64,000 bases of DNA from Bdellovibrionales bacterium (GCA_050250255.1 JBFWOZ010000007.1:29838-93837); one strand, 5' to 3'. Counted from the stretch's first letter, positions 40,600 to 49,655 are shown. A program made the numbers and translations. Notes: a model not told the origin generated them from the sequence alone.

Positions 40600-41922
40600 T
40601 TACTTCGCGCTATCAATAATCGCTTCGAGATCTTTTACTTCCTTTGGACAAGTCGAGGTCATGTTCTCATGGCCGGTATCGGTGACAAGAATGTTGTCTT
40701 CGATACGAACGCCGAGACCGCGTAAGTGGGCTGGCGCCGTCATGTCATCGACGGGTACGTAAAGTCCGGGCTCCACCGTGAAGACCATTCCGCTTTCAAG
40801 AGGTCGTGAAGGCCCGTCTTTTTTGTAAAGACCGGCATCGTGCACATCCATGCCGAGCCAATGAGAGACACCGTGTGGATAATATTTTTTGTAATTGAGT
40901 TGCTCAATATTTTGCTGAACGGTTCCTTTAAGAAGGCCAAGTTCAAGCATGTGTTCCGTGAGCATTTCGATCGTTGTGTCCTGTAGAGTTTTGAAAACGA
41001 CACCTGGACGAATCATTGATACCAAATGTTTTTGTACAGTGAGCACTCGGTCATAAAAATCTTTTTGCACGGGCGTGAATTTTCCATTCACCGGATAAGT
41101 ACGAGTGATGTCGCCGGTGTAGTAGTTGTACTCGGCACCCATATCGACAAGGAGAAGATCTCCAGACTTACATTCTTGATCGTTGAACACATAGTGAAGG
41201 GTGGTGGCAGACGCACCGGAAGCCACGATGGATCCATAACCGTTACGTGGAGAACCGAGCATGCGGAATTCATGTTCAATCACCGCTTGTACTTGGCGCT
41301 CGTTGACTCCGGGTTTGCAGTATTTCATTCCGGCAATGTGTCCTTCGGCAGAAATACGACAGGCTTTTCTCATCCACTCTGCTTCGACAGCAGTTTTCTT
41401 TAAACGCATTTCGCCAAGAAGCTCGGTGACATCCCAAATCGGTAAAATTCCAGAGCCGCTGCGGCCTTGGCTCGCGCGAGTTGTTTCGATGGCACTACGA
41501 AATTTTTTATCAAAGTCATTGTTAAGAAAGAGGCGGTAATAAACTCGATCTACATCGGCTAGTAGTTTAGGAAGTTCTGTTTCGATTTCATCGTAGGTGT
41601 AGGATTTATCAGCACCAAAACTTTTCATGGCGCCTTCAGGGCCGTAACGAAATCCATCCCATGTTTCACGAAGAGGATCTTTGTTTCTTACGAAGAGAAC
41701 ATACTCTGGATCTTTCTTCGGGCGAAAAACGAGAACAGATTCTGGTTCTTCAAACCCAGTCAGATAAAGAAAATGACTATCCTGTCGATAAGGGTGATGA
41801 ACGTCGTGATTACGAATCATGTCGGGGTGAGCGGCCATAATGATGGCAGCACCCTCGGCTTTAGAGGCGAGAGAGTGGCGACGATCTTTAAAGATTTTCA
41901 TATCAAAACTTGGCTGTCTCAT
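40600..41922 (-). CDS. pepP: Xaa-Pro aminopeptidase
   Basis: YRQDSHFLYLTG, LHY, DITRT, HGVSHWLGMDVHD, EPGLY, GVRIED. Confidence 0.95.
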   Translation of the reverse strand: MRQPSFDMKIFKDRRHSLASKAEGAAIIMAAHPDMIRNHDVHHPYRQDSHFLYLTGFEEPESVLVFRPKKDPEYVLFVRNKDPLRETWDGFRYGPEGAMKSFGADKSYTYDEIETELPKLLADVDRVYYRLFLNNDFDKKFRSAIETTRASQGRSGSGILPIWDVTELLGEMRLKKTAVEAEWMRKACRISAEGHIAGMKYCKPGVNERQVQAVIEHEFRMLGSPRNGYGSIVASGASATTLHYVFNDQECKSGDLLLVDMGAEYNYYTGDITRTYPVNGKFTPVQKDFYDRVLTVQKHLVSMIRPGVVFKTLQDTTIEMLTEHMLELGLLKGTVQQNIEQLNYKKYYPHGVSHWLGMDVHDAGLYKKDGPSRPLESGMVFTVEPGLYVPVDDMTAPAHLRGLGVRIEDNILVTDTGHENMTSTCPKEVKDLEAIIDSAK

Positions 41923-42836
41923 AGTCTAAACTCCGTGGCCATTTTCTTTGCCGCAGCGGCGCCGAACTCTTGGCCAAATATCACAAAGGATTCTTTTGCA
42001 TCGTAATCAAGAATATCAAAGTTGCGTGTGTGAACGCCGATCACCCAGTTTACTCCGCGAGGTGGGGAGTTTAGTTGACGAACTCCTTCCCACCAGAGTG
42101 TTTGTACTTGGTCTTCGTTCTTTACGCGTTCTTCTTTTAAAACTGTGCCACGTGCGAGTACGTTCACAAAAATCACAACTTCTGCGCCCTGATCTCTTAA
42201 CCACTGAGCGGCTTCTTCCACATGAAATGCGGCTGCCATCCAACCTTGAGTGGATGTGAAGTAAGGCGGGAAGGACATGCACTTTTCAAGAGCTGATTTG
42301 TAAGTCCCATTGGTCCATATGCGTGTCTTACCGTTTTTTAACAGCATGCTAGGACAACCGAATTTAATCGTCGCGTTTTGAATTTGTGAACTCGCAAAGG
42401 CCTGATCAAAAAACGGAGTGATTTGTCGAATCGAAGTCGGTGCTAAGTCGCCACCTAAAAAACCCTTTGCCGGTAAGTTATTTTTCTTAAGTTTTGTAAG
42501 TTGCCATTCAAGATCGTTGGCTTTTCCTTTTTGCGAATAAGCGGCGGCGATTAAAGATCCCCACTCCAAACCGACGATGGCATGTACCGGAATATTTTGT
42601 TTTTCAAATTCTCTTAAGACGCCCACGTGTGCGAAGGACTTCATTCCGCCCGGGCCTAAAATAAAGCCAATTTTAGGGACTTGGCCTGGCTGAAAAACAG
42701 GAGCGGTAGGACTTTCTTCTTCGGGAACATTTGAGGGGTAAGAGGGGCCGGTTGTTCCGTTTCTTTTTTGAGCTTTACTGCAGGCGAAGGATGTAAAAAT
42801 CAATAAAAGTAGAAGGAGAGAAGTCAGTTTTTTCAT
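41919..42836 (-). CDS. Patatin-like lipoprotein, catalytically degenerate
   Basis: Lipobox SFAC; LGPGGMKSFAHVGVL; GLEWG instead of GxSxG; no DGG. Confidence 0.8.
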   Translation of the reverse strand: MKKLTSLLLLLLIFTSFACSKAQKRNGTTGPSYPSNVPEEESPTAPVFQPGQVPKIGFILGPGGMKSFAHVGVLREFEKQNIPVHAIVGLEWGSLIAAAYSQKGKANDLEWQLTKLKKNNLPAKGFLGGDLAPTSIRQITPFFDQAFASSQIQNATIKFGCPSMLLKNGKTRIWTNGTYKSALEKCMSFPPYFTSTQGWMAAAFHVEEAAQWLRDQGAEVVIFVNVLARGTVLKEERVKNEDQVQTLWWEGVRQLNSPPRGVNWVIGVHTRNFDILDYDAKESFVIFGQEFGAAAAKKMATEFRL

Positions 42837-42896
42837 AGCGCCCATCATAATCCTATTGGACTCGACTTAAAAGCACTTTTGTTTTACATTTAGTCT

Positions 42897-43457
42897 ATGG
42901 CAGTGAGAAATATATTGCGCATGGGTCATCCCGTTCTAAGGCAAAAAGCTCGAGAACTCAAAAAAAAGGAGATTCTCTCTCCCGCCATTCAAACTCTCAT
43001 CAAAGATATGATAGAAACGATGCACGACGCTGATGGCGTTGGTATTGCTGCGCCTCAAGTGGGCGAGTCTCTTCAGCTTTCGGTGATTGAATTTGGCGAC
43101 GATAACCCTCGTTACCAGGATTTTGGAGCGCAGGGACTTACGGTTTTTATCAATCCCGTACTCACGGTTGTGGATAAAAAAGAGCAATCATTTTGGGAGG
43201 GTTGTCTCTCGGTTCCAGATTTGCGTGGGCTTGTTCATCGACCAAGAAAAGTGAAAGTCACTTATCTTGATGAGAAAGGCGAAAAGCAAGAGCTCGAAGC
43301 CGAAGGTTTTTTAGCGACGGTTCTTCAACATGAGTTTGATCATCTTGATGGAGTTCTGTACATCGATCGCATTCAAGATCCTCGCGATCTTTCCTATATT
43401 GAAGAGTACAAAGAATTCATTATGGACCAAACGGAACACGACGAACTCGACGATTAA
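42897..43457 (+). CDS. def: Peptide deformylase
   Basis: GVGIAAPQVG, EGCLSVP, QHEFDHLDG. Confidence 0.97.
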   Translation: MAVRNILRMGHPVLRQKARELKKKEILSPAIQTLIKDMIETMHDADGVGIAAPQVGESLQLSVIEFGDDNPRYQDFGAQGLTVFINPVLTVVDKKEQSFWEGCLSVPDLRGLVHRPRKVKVTYLDEKGEKQELEAEGFLATVLQHEFDHLDGVLYIDRIQDPRDLSYIEEYKEFIMDQTEHDELDD

Positions 43458-44203
43458 TTCTTTTTTAAGAAGATGAAGAACTCTTGGTTGCCATCTCCAC
43501 CCGTGATTTCGCAGGGAAAATAAGACAAGATTTTGAGTTCAAGGCTTTCGGATTTTTCGCGCACTTTCTGCTCGACCTCGGCATACATTGCAGGATCTTT
43601 CACCACTCCAGCAGGATTTAAACTCTTTGGATTTAACTCAAATTGAGGTTTTACGAGAGCGAGAATATGTCCGCCACTTTTAACGTGCCTCACCGTGCTC
43701 TCGAGAACTTGGGTGAGAGAAATAAAAGACACATCAATGACTGCCAAATCAAAAGTGCGATCTAATTGAAAATTTCGTGCATTGATTCCTTCAAACGCTT
43801 CTAGTCTCGGATGATTTTTTAGGCTGTCGTGCAATTGCCCATGTCCTACATCGACCCCAACAATATGTTTTGCACCCTTTTGTAAAAGGCAATCGGTGAA
43901 TCCTCCGGTGGAAATGCCCACATCGAGCACCGCCAGATCGGCGGGACTAAATTTCGTCTTCTCAAGCGCGGCTTCGAGTTTAATGCCTCCACGCGAGACG
44001 TATTGAGTGAGGTTCGATTTTGAAATTGAAATTTCGTTTTTGATATCTGGTGTAACGGCGACTTTCTCGTTAGCTTCTTTAAATATTTTATTTTTCAATC
44101 TTACTGCGCCAGATTCTATGAGCTTTCTCGAGAGTGTACGAGATTTTACAAGGCCTAACTCAACAAGGAGAACGTCAATACGTTTTTTTTCGTCGTTACT
44201 CAT
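43454..44203 (-). CDS. tlyA: TlyA family rRNA methyltransferase
   Basis: S4 domain, YVSRGGIKL, DVGISTGGFTD, DVSFISL, LVKPQFE. Confidence 0.93.
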   Translation of the reverse strand: MSNDEKKRIDVLLVELGLVKSRTLSRKLIESGAVRLKNKIFKEANEKVAVTPDIKNEISISKSNLTQYVSRGGIKLEAALEKTKFSPADLAVLDVGISTGGFTDCLLQKGAKHIVGVDVGHGQLHDSLKNHPRLEAFEGINARNFQLDRTFDLAVIDVSFISLTQVLESTVRHVKSGGHILALVKPQFELNPKSLNPAGVVKDPAMYAEVEQKVREKSESLELKILSYFPCEITGGDGNQEFFIFLKKN

Positions 44204-44213
44204 TTTCTGCCAC

Positions 44214-45107
44214 TCATTTTTGAATTCTCTGCCAGTTATAGAGAGCGGCACCCCGAAGTGCATCGGCAAATGAATCAAAACCTACTAAAGCCTGAATCGA
44301 TTTCTCTGTGAGATCTTTTAAACGATCGCAGGTTTCACTCACGCCAAGAAGATGGACGATGTTGGTCGTTTCAGGTTTAGAAATTTCATAGTCGTCAAGG
44401 TCGTCGGCCACTTGAAAGGCATAACCAACATATTCCCCAAATTGTTTGAGTGCCTCGGCCTTTTCTTTACTAGCGTCGCAAATCATGCTGCTGCCTTTGA
44501 TCGCGCAACGAATGAGAGCGCCCGTTTTCATAATATGAAGTGTTTCTAAAATGGGGTAGCTCACATCCGTCTTGGAAGCAAAAAGATCCAAGGCTTGTCC
44601 TCCGACCATCCCTTGTATTCCTGAAGACTGTGCGAGTTCTTGTATAAGGCTAAGTGCCAGCGTTGGTTGAGAAATGTAGCGCATAGAAAGTAGGTGGAAA
44701 GCTTCTGTAAGAAGGGCGTCACCTGCAAGTAGGGCAAAATCTTCTCCGAAAACTTTGTGATTCGTAGGTTGGCCTCGTCGCACGTCCGAATTGTCCATAG
44801 CGGGCATATCATCGTGAATGAGGGAATAGCTGTGGACAAATTCGACCGCGACGGCAAAAGAAAATACTTCATCAAAGTTTTTATGTAGGGCTTGAGCGGT
44901 GAGGAGAGATAGAAGCGGTCGGAACCGTTTTCCTTCTCTTGCCGAAGAATACTCCATGGCATACTTGAGCTTCTTTAAGCCTGGGAGCTCGGATTTGATC
45001 AAGTGATCAAGCTCTTCTTGAGTTTTCTTTTGAATCAACGGCGTATGCTCAGCTCCAAAATTTTTGAAAGCTTCAACCCACGATTGATCCCAAGCTTTAT
45101 TCAGCAC
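44214..45107 (-). CDS. ispA: Farnesyl-diphosphate synthase / geranyltranstransferase
   Basis: GKRFRP, LIHDDMPAMD, RRG, GGQALD, FQVADD; GTG start overlapping xseB end. Confidence 0.9.
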   Translation of the reverse strand: MLNKAWDQSWVEAFKNFGAEHTPLIQKKTQEELDHLIKSELPGLKKLKYAMEYSSAREGKRFRPLLSLLTAQALHKNFDEVFSFAVAVEFVHSYSLIHDDMPAMDNSDVRRGQPTNHKVFGEDFALLAGDALLTEAFHLLSMRYISQPTLALSLIQELAQSSGIQGMVGGQALDLFASKTDVSYPILETLHIMKTGALIRCAIKGSSMICDASKEKAEALKQFGEYVGYAFQVADDLDDYEISKPETTNIVHLLGVSETCDRLKDLTEKSIQALVGFDSFADALRGAALYNWQRIQK

Positions 45108-45315
45108 GGAATTCCTTTGTCGTAGGCGTGCCGTCAGCACCGACTTTTACAAGTTGTTGAATTTTTTGTTCGGCAGCTGTCAACTCGCTTTGGCATTCGC
45201 GAGAGAGCTTCACTCCCTCTTCGAAAAGTTGGAGGGATTGATCAAGGGAGATGTCGCCACCTTCCATGTTTTTTACGATTTCTTCAATGCGTTTGAGTTT
45301 GATCTCAAAAGTCAT
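45097..45315 (-). CDS. xseB: Exodeoxyribonuclease VII small subunit
   Basis: TFE...LDQSLQLFEEGVKL...AEQKI. Confidence 0.95.
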   Translation of the reverse strand: MTFEIKLKRIEEIVKNMEGGDISLDQSLQLFEEGVKLSRECQSELTAAEQKIQQLVKVGADGTPTTKEFRAE

Positions 45316-46601
45316 GGGGTCTCCTTTTTCGCAACGCTGTTAGATACGGTTGCGGTGACTTCGCCATCAGAGAGGCGAATGGTCAGTGAATCATTTGCTT
45401 TTGTTTCTTTATGGCTTTTAACAATTTTTCCCTGAAGACTTACGATGGCGTAACCGCGATCGATCACTTTCAGGGGACTTAGAGAATCCAAGAGCGACAT
45501 GGATCGGCCCAGCTGAGACTGTTTTCTCTCGAGAATGTAGCGCCACTGGTTTTTTAAGCGGTCGATCAATTCGTCACAGCGGATGGCCATGTCTTGGAGT
45601 TTTCTTTTAGGGTCAATGAGTCTACGTGATGTCAGTTGTAATCTTTCAAGGCGTCTTTGAATCGAAGAAAGACAAAGATGCTGGAGGCGCTGTTGAAAAA
45701 CTTTGAGCTGATCTAAAACATCACTCATATTTTTTACGACAAGTTCTGCGGCCGCACTTGGAGTGGGGGCTCGAAGGTCTGCCACAAAGTCGGCAATCGT
45801 AAAATCAATTTCATGTCCAACGGCAGAAACAGTCGGGATTTTGGAAGCATGAATGGCGCGTGCGACCGGCTCGGTGTTGAAAGCCCAAAGATCTTCGATC
45901 GAACCGCCGCCGCGGCCAACGATCATCACGTCGTAAGCGGGGAGTACGGAGTTAGCAAGTTCTATGGCTTTCACAATTTCCATCGGCGCGGCTTCACCTT
46001 GAACTGCAGTAGCGATCAAAGTGATGTCTAAATTTTTACAGCGTCTGGTGAGAACATTGAGCATATCGCGGATCGCCGCTCCTGTTGGGGAGGTCACGAG
46101 AGCCACTCGCTTGGGAAATGCGGGGAGCGGTCTTTTTTTCTTTACGTCAAAGAGACCTTCGGATTCTAGTTTTTTCTTGAGCTGCTCAAAAGCTTTTTGA
46201 AGTGCACCTGCTCCAACAGGCTCCATCAGTTCACAAAAAACTTGGTAAGAGCCGCGTGGTTCGTAGACGGTGAGGCGTCCACGGATCATCACTTCCATTC
46301 CATCTTCAGGACGAAATTTGAGTCGTGAGTTGTGTCCTTTAAACATCACCGCACTGATCTGAGATGTGGCGTCTTTCAAACTAAAATAAAAGTGGCCAGA
46401 GCTGTGAGGTTTAAAATTCGAAATTTCTCCGCGAATCCAAATAAGGGGAAACTCACTCTCAATCGTGTTTTTTACTAAACGGTTGAGTTCGCTAATGGAA
46501 TAAACGTGGGGTTCGCTGCTTTCGGTCTCTGCTTTTGAAGCAGCGTCTGGAGACACGTCTGCAGAGGCCGCATAGCTAAAAAGATCTTGTCGATCAGACA
46601 T
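45312..46601 (-). CDS. xseA: Exodeoxyribonuclease VII large subunit
   Basis: SGHFYFSLKD, GRGGGSIEDL, SAVGHEID, APTPSAAAE. Confidence 0.97.
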   Translation of the reverse strand: MSDRQDLFSYAASADVSPDAASKAETESSEPHVYSISELNRLVKNTIESEFPLIWIRGEISNFKPHSSGHFYFSLKDATSQISAVMFKGHNSRLKFRPEDGMEVMIRGRLTVYEPRGSYQVFCELMEPVGAGALQKAFEQLKKKLESEGLFDVKKKRPLPAFPKRVALVTSPTGAAIRDMLNVLTRRCKNLDITLIATAVQGEAAPMEIVKAIELANSVLPAYDVMIVGRGGGSIEDLWAFNTEPVARAIHASKIPTVSAVGHEIDFTIADFVADLRAPTPSAAAELVVKNMSDVLDQLKVFQQRLQHLCLSSIQRRLERLQLTSRRLIDPKRKLQDMAIRCDELIDRLKNQWRYILERKQSQLGRSMSLLDSLSPLKVIDRGYAIVSLQGKIVKSHKETKANDSLTIRLSDGEVTATVSNSVAKKETP

Positions 46602-46652
46602 GGAAAACCCCTGCTTTCGGGGAGTGAGCCTATAGCTGTCTCGAGACGCAGT

Positions 46653-46865
46653 CTAGCTAAAAATAAGGTTTTGGAGAGCCCAGAAGCCACCTACAAATAA
46701 ACAAATAAAGCCTAGGATACGATTGGCTTTAAATTGCTGCAGAATAGCTTCGGGAAAGAGGTGCTCCGCTTTCGACACGAGAGGAGAATTCAGAACGAGC
46801 GTCATCAAAATTCCGTAAGCAAAAACGATAAAAGGAAAGTAAAAATCAAGTTCTTGTATCGACAT
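46653..46865 (-). CDS. Small two-TM membrane protein
   Basis: Two hydrophobic helices; SD AAGGGA. Confidence 0.7.
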   Translation of the reverse strand: MSIQELDFYFPFIVFAYGILMTLVLNSPLVSKAEHLFPEAILQQFKANRILGFICLFVGGFWALQNLIFS

Positions 46866-47521
46866 TTTTTCCCTTTCCGTTGGAACGAAGATTGCTAGTG
46901 TCGTGTTCTCTCATCGGAAAAATGTGTCTCAAAATGAACTAGATCAAGGATTAATTTTTTATCTACTGGAATTCATTGAATCCTTTCAAGATTTCTCGAT
47001 TGACATGAAACATGCGCTTAGTCTCGTTGACCCAGAGGATAAATTTTTGTATTCTTCATGTAGAAGGTTTCTGTGTGGCGCGAGCTTAAACATAGTAATT
47101 TTCAACCTAACAAGCATCATAAAGGGGACTGTCCCTGGCAATGGTGAGCAAGCTCAACTCGTATTGAGAAGCCTAAAGTTGCTAAATGGTCTACCGCATT
47201 GAAAAGCACGGGTTGAAATTCAGATGTTTTTACGCCCAACATGGAGCCTTTTTTTTGTTTTCTGCCGTGCCTCCAATTTTCACGCATCTTTCAACGGTTC
47301 TCCTTCCAAAAATCCTCAGCGTACAGAAGTACGCCTCCGGTTTTCTTCAGTCCGAGCCGTTGAAATCTGCATAAAAATTGAAGGCACTTACGCCTGGTTC
47401 CGCGCGTTTTCAAAGCTTCGCTTTGAAACCTGCACGGAGATTGGAAGGCTTACTCCTCGAGTGCATCCTGTAAGTCCGCTCCTCATGAGCGTATGGACTC
47501 CCACAAAGATTTTAAAAAACC

Positions 47522-47644
47522 TTAAGCCCGAATTAAGTACATCAAAAACCAAAGTAACAACTTCAAAATCTCCACGAGATCTTTTCGTTGAATCTTTAGT
47601 TTTCGTTTCCTAGGCCGATAATTACTAACGTTGTTAGTTTTCAT
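47522..47644 (-). CDS. Unannotated 40-aa basic/hydrophobic peptide, candidate type I toxin
   Basis: MKTNNVSNYRPRKRKLKIQRKDLVEILKLLLWFLMYLIRA*; SD AAAGGAGGT 4 nt before ATG, paired with upstream GCCTCCTTT. Confidence 0.6.
   Translation of the reverse strand: MKTNNVSNYRPRKRKLKIQRKDLVEILKLLLWFLMYLIRA
47595..47621 (+). promoter_or_regulatory. Sigma-28 (FliA) promoter inside the 40-aa ORF, antisense orientation
   Basis: TTTAGTTT-N11-GCCGATAA versus consensus TAAAGTTT-N11-GCCGATAA. Confidence 0.7.
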
Positions 47645-47749
47645 CGGTACCTCCTTTCTACGAAAAAGGAGGCTTCGTGCCCCAGACTTACGGGATGCGG
47701 GTGGGGAGATTGCAAAGGGGATTCTGGGTTCAGAGTCCCTTTATTTTTT
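47628..47749 (+). ncRNA. Candidate ~120-nt sRNA antisense to the start/SD of the 40-aa ORF
   Basis: Bounded by the sigma-28 promoter and an intrinsic terminator; carries CCTCCTTT; 5' end estimated from -10 spacing. Confidence 0.55.
47718..47749 (+). terminator. Intrinsic terminator
   Basis: GGGATTCTG-GGTT-CAGAGTCCC followed by TTTATTTTTT. Confidence 0.75.
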
Positions 47750-47858
47750 AGTGGGATAGCTTCTAGCCGAAGGCCGTTTTTTTCTTCATTTTTCCCTTAA
47801 GTTTTTAGCGGAATGTTTCGATATGAGATTGTGGACCTGTGTCCTTGGGGGTAAACCT

Positions 47859-49628
47859 ATGTTGAAAATCAGCGTGAGCCTGTTTCTGTTAGTCGTTGGT
47901 TTTACATTTACAATATTCGCGCAAGATCCAGATGTGGATGAATACGGAATTCCCATTGAGCCGAATCGTCGACAAACCGAGACTGTGGACCCTTGTGACG
48001 ATTCTGATCCCGCAAGCTATCTAGCTTGCCAAGAGCAAATGAGACGTAGAGCTCCTGCCTCGAACTCTCGCTCTCTTCCCACAGGAGTGTTGCCTACGGT
48101 GATTATGGTGCCTACGGATGAAAACTCACCAAGTGAGGTAGGAAACGGACGCTCAGGCTCTCGTGTAGACCCTAATAACGTGACAACAAACAATTGTACG
48201 ATTGCTCTGATTTGTGGCCAAAAAAACAGTGGATATTCTTTCACTGCCGACCAATGTGAGAGAGCTCAAGAGGCATGTAGTGGTGCCAGCACTAATAAAT
48301 CTTGTGAGAATATCGCGAAAAAATTTGAGGAGTATCAAGGAAAAGCACAGAGCTGTTCCGTTAGCGGAACTAGCTCGATTCAATCTTGCGCGAACCTTAT
48401 TACTCAGTGTTCTCAGGAAATTAACAGGCTCCAGAGCTCTTCACAGCAAGGCCAAGTAAATTTTCAGGCACTTTCTCCAGACTGTAAAACTATTGCGCTC
48501 TCTCAAAACAAAGAAGATTTACAAAAGCTCAGAGACAAATTTGAAAAAGAAATTGAGAAGGAAACAGACAAGGCCAATGAACTTAGCAAGGAAATGATCA
48601 AAAGTCAGGGTGACCAAGAGAAAGCTATCAGAGAGCTTGCGCAGAAAGAACTTAATGCAAAAAAGGATTTTAGAAAGTCTCAGGATAAACTCTATGACCT
48701 TCGCGAAAGAGATGACCAGCGCTTTAAAACATTTCTTGATGCGACGGAAAAGCTCGATGAAGAGCTCAAGGGCATTGAGTCGGAAAAGCGCAATATCGAA
48801 GTGAAGATTGTGGAACTTAAAATAAGAAATTCTTCAGAGATTGCTAAAATCAATGATGCTTGCGCAATGAAGGCACGTGCCGATGCAGCCAAGGCGGAGC
48901 TAGATCGCCAAAAAACACTGACAGACAGTTCATCAGGGGTTCGTGTAGACGGTGGTATCGGTGAGCTCGCAGCTTATAGTGGTAAACGTGGCACAGCAAA
49001 ATCGCGTGTGAAGCGTAAAGAAGCCATCTTCAGAGACCTTTGCCTTTTCGACACACAAAACCAGGTCAAAGCCCTCGAGGAGGGTGAAAAGGCCATGCTG
49101 CAAGTAATAGAAAATCAAAAGAAAGATTTTGATACAAAAGCGACTCTTTTAAAAGATCGTCTCACCAATCTTGCAAAAACTTTGGATAGAACGGCCGCAA
49201 CCGATTACGAACGCGCCATGTTTAACTACATTCAGGATGCCGAGGACTACACGATTGCACAGCAATTATCCGTTCAAGCTAGAACATCTAGTTTAGAGCA
49301 GGCTCAAAAAGAACAGTCTATGCTCAACCAGCAAATTTACCAATCACAAGGGAAGTTACAGCAGGCTCAAAGCAACTTAAGTATGATTCCTGAATTATCT
49401 GGGGTCAGTAAAACTGAGGCTGAAGATTTCAAGAAAGCCAAAGAGGGTTTAAGTAATCTTCGGGGCCTCTACGAATCTTCTTATAACACTTGCTGTACTA
49501 CGGCGAAGAAGGCCAAGCGTAAGGCTGATCAAGAGCAGTATAATGAGTTTTGTCGCTCAGCCAGCCAGGCTTATTCGAGGACCCAGAATCCTTCATCTTC
49601 CAACAGCTCTCGCACAGGCACACGGTAA
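47859..49628 (+). CDS. Secreted long coiled-coil protein with Cys-rich ends
   Basis: Signal peptide ending IFA; Cys clusters at both ends; long K/E/Q heptad region; weak sigma-28-like TAAGTTTT-N11-TTCGATAT at 47798-47824. Confidence 0.8.
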   Translation: MLKISVSLFLLVVGFTFTIFAQDPDVDEYGIPIEPNRRQTETVDPCDDSDPASYLACQEQMRRRAPASNSRSLPTGVLPTVIMVPTDENSPSEVGNGRSGSRVDPNNVTTNNCTIALICGQKNSGYSFTADQCERAQEACSGASTNKSCENIAKKFEEYQGKAQSCSVSGTSSIQSCANLITQCSQEINRLQSSSQQGQVNFQALSPDCKTIALSQNKEDLQKLRDKFEKEIEKETDKANELSKEMIKSQGDQEKAIRELAQKELNAKKDFRKSQDKLYDLRERDDQRFKTFLDATEKLDEELKGIESEKRNIEVKIVELKIRNSSEIAKINDACAMKARADAAKAELDRQKTLTDSSSGVRVDGGIGELAAYSGKRGTAKSRVKRKEAIFRDLCLFDTQNQVKALEEGEKAMLQVIENQKKDFDTKATLLKDRLTNLAKTLDRTAATDYERAMFNYIQDAEDYTIAQQLSVQARTSSLEQAQKEQSMLNQQIYQSQGKLQQAQSNLSMIPELSGVSKTEAEDFKKAKEGLSNLRGLYESSYNTCCTTAKKAKRKADQEQYNEFCRSASQAYSRTQNPSSSNSSRTGTR

Positions 49629-49655
49629 TACATCGCATTAACATCCTCGACGAAA

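Noticed and set aside
46903..47613. Plus-strand ORFs 46903-47202, 47186-47374 and 47224-47613
   Set aside because: Mutually overlapping, no clear SD or motif; one short real gene cannot be excluded
47628..47749. c-di-GMP riboswitch or 6S RNA identity for the candidate sRNA
   Set aside because: No GNRA tetraloop/receptor two-stem pattern and no 6S-like rod with central bubble evident; an Rfam scan is needed to be sure
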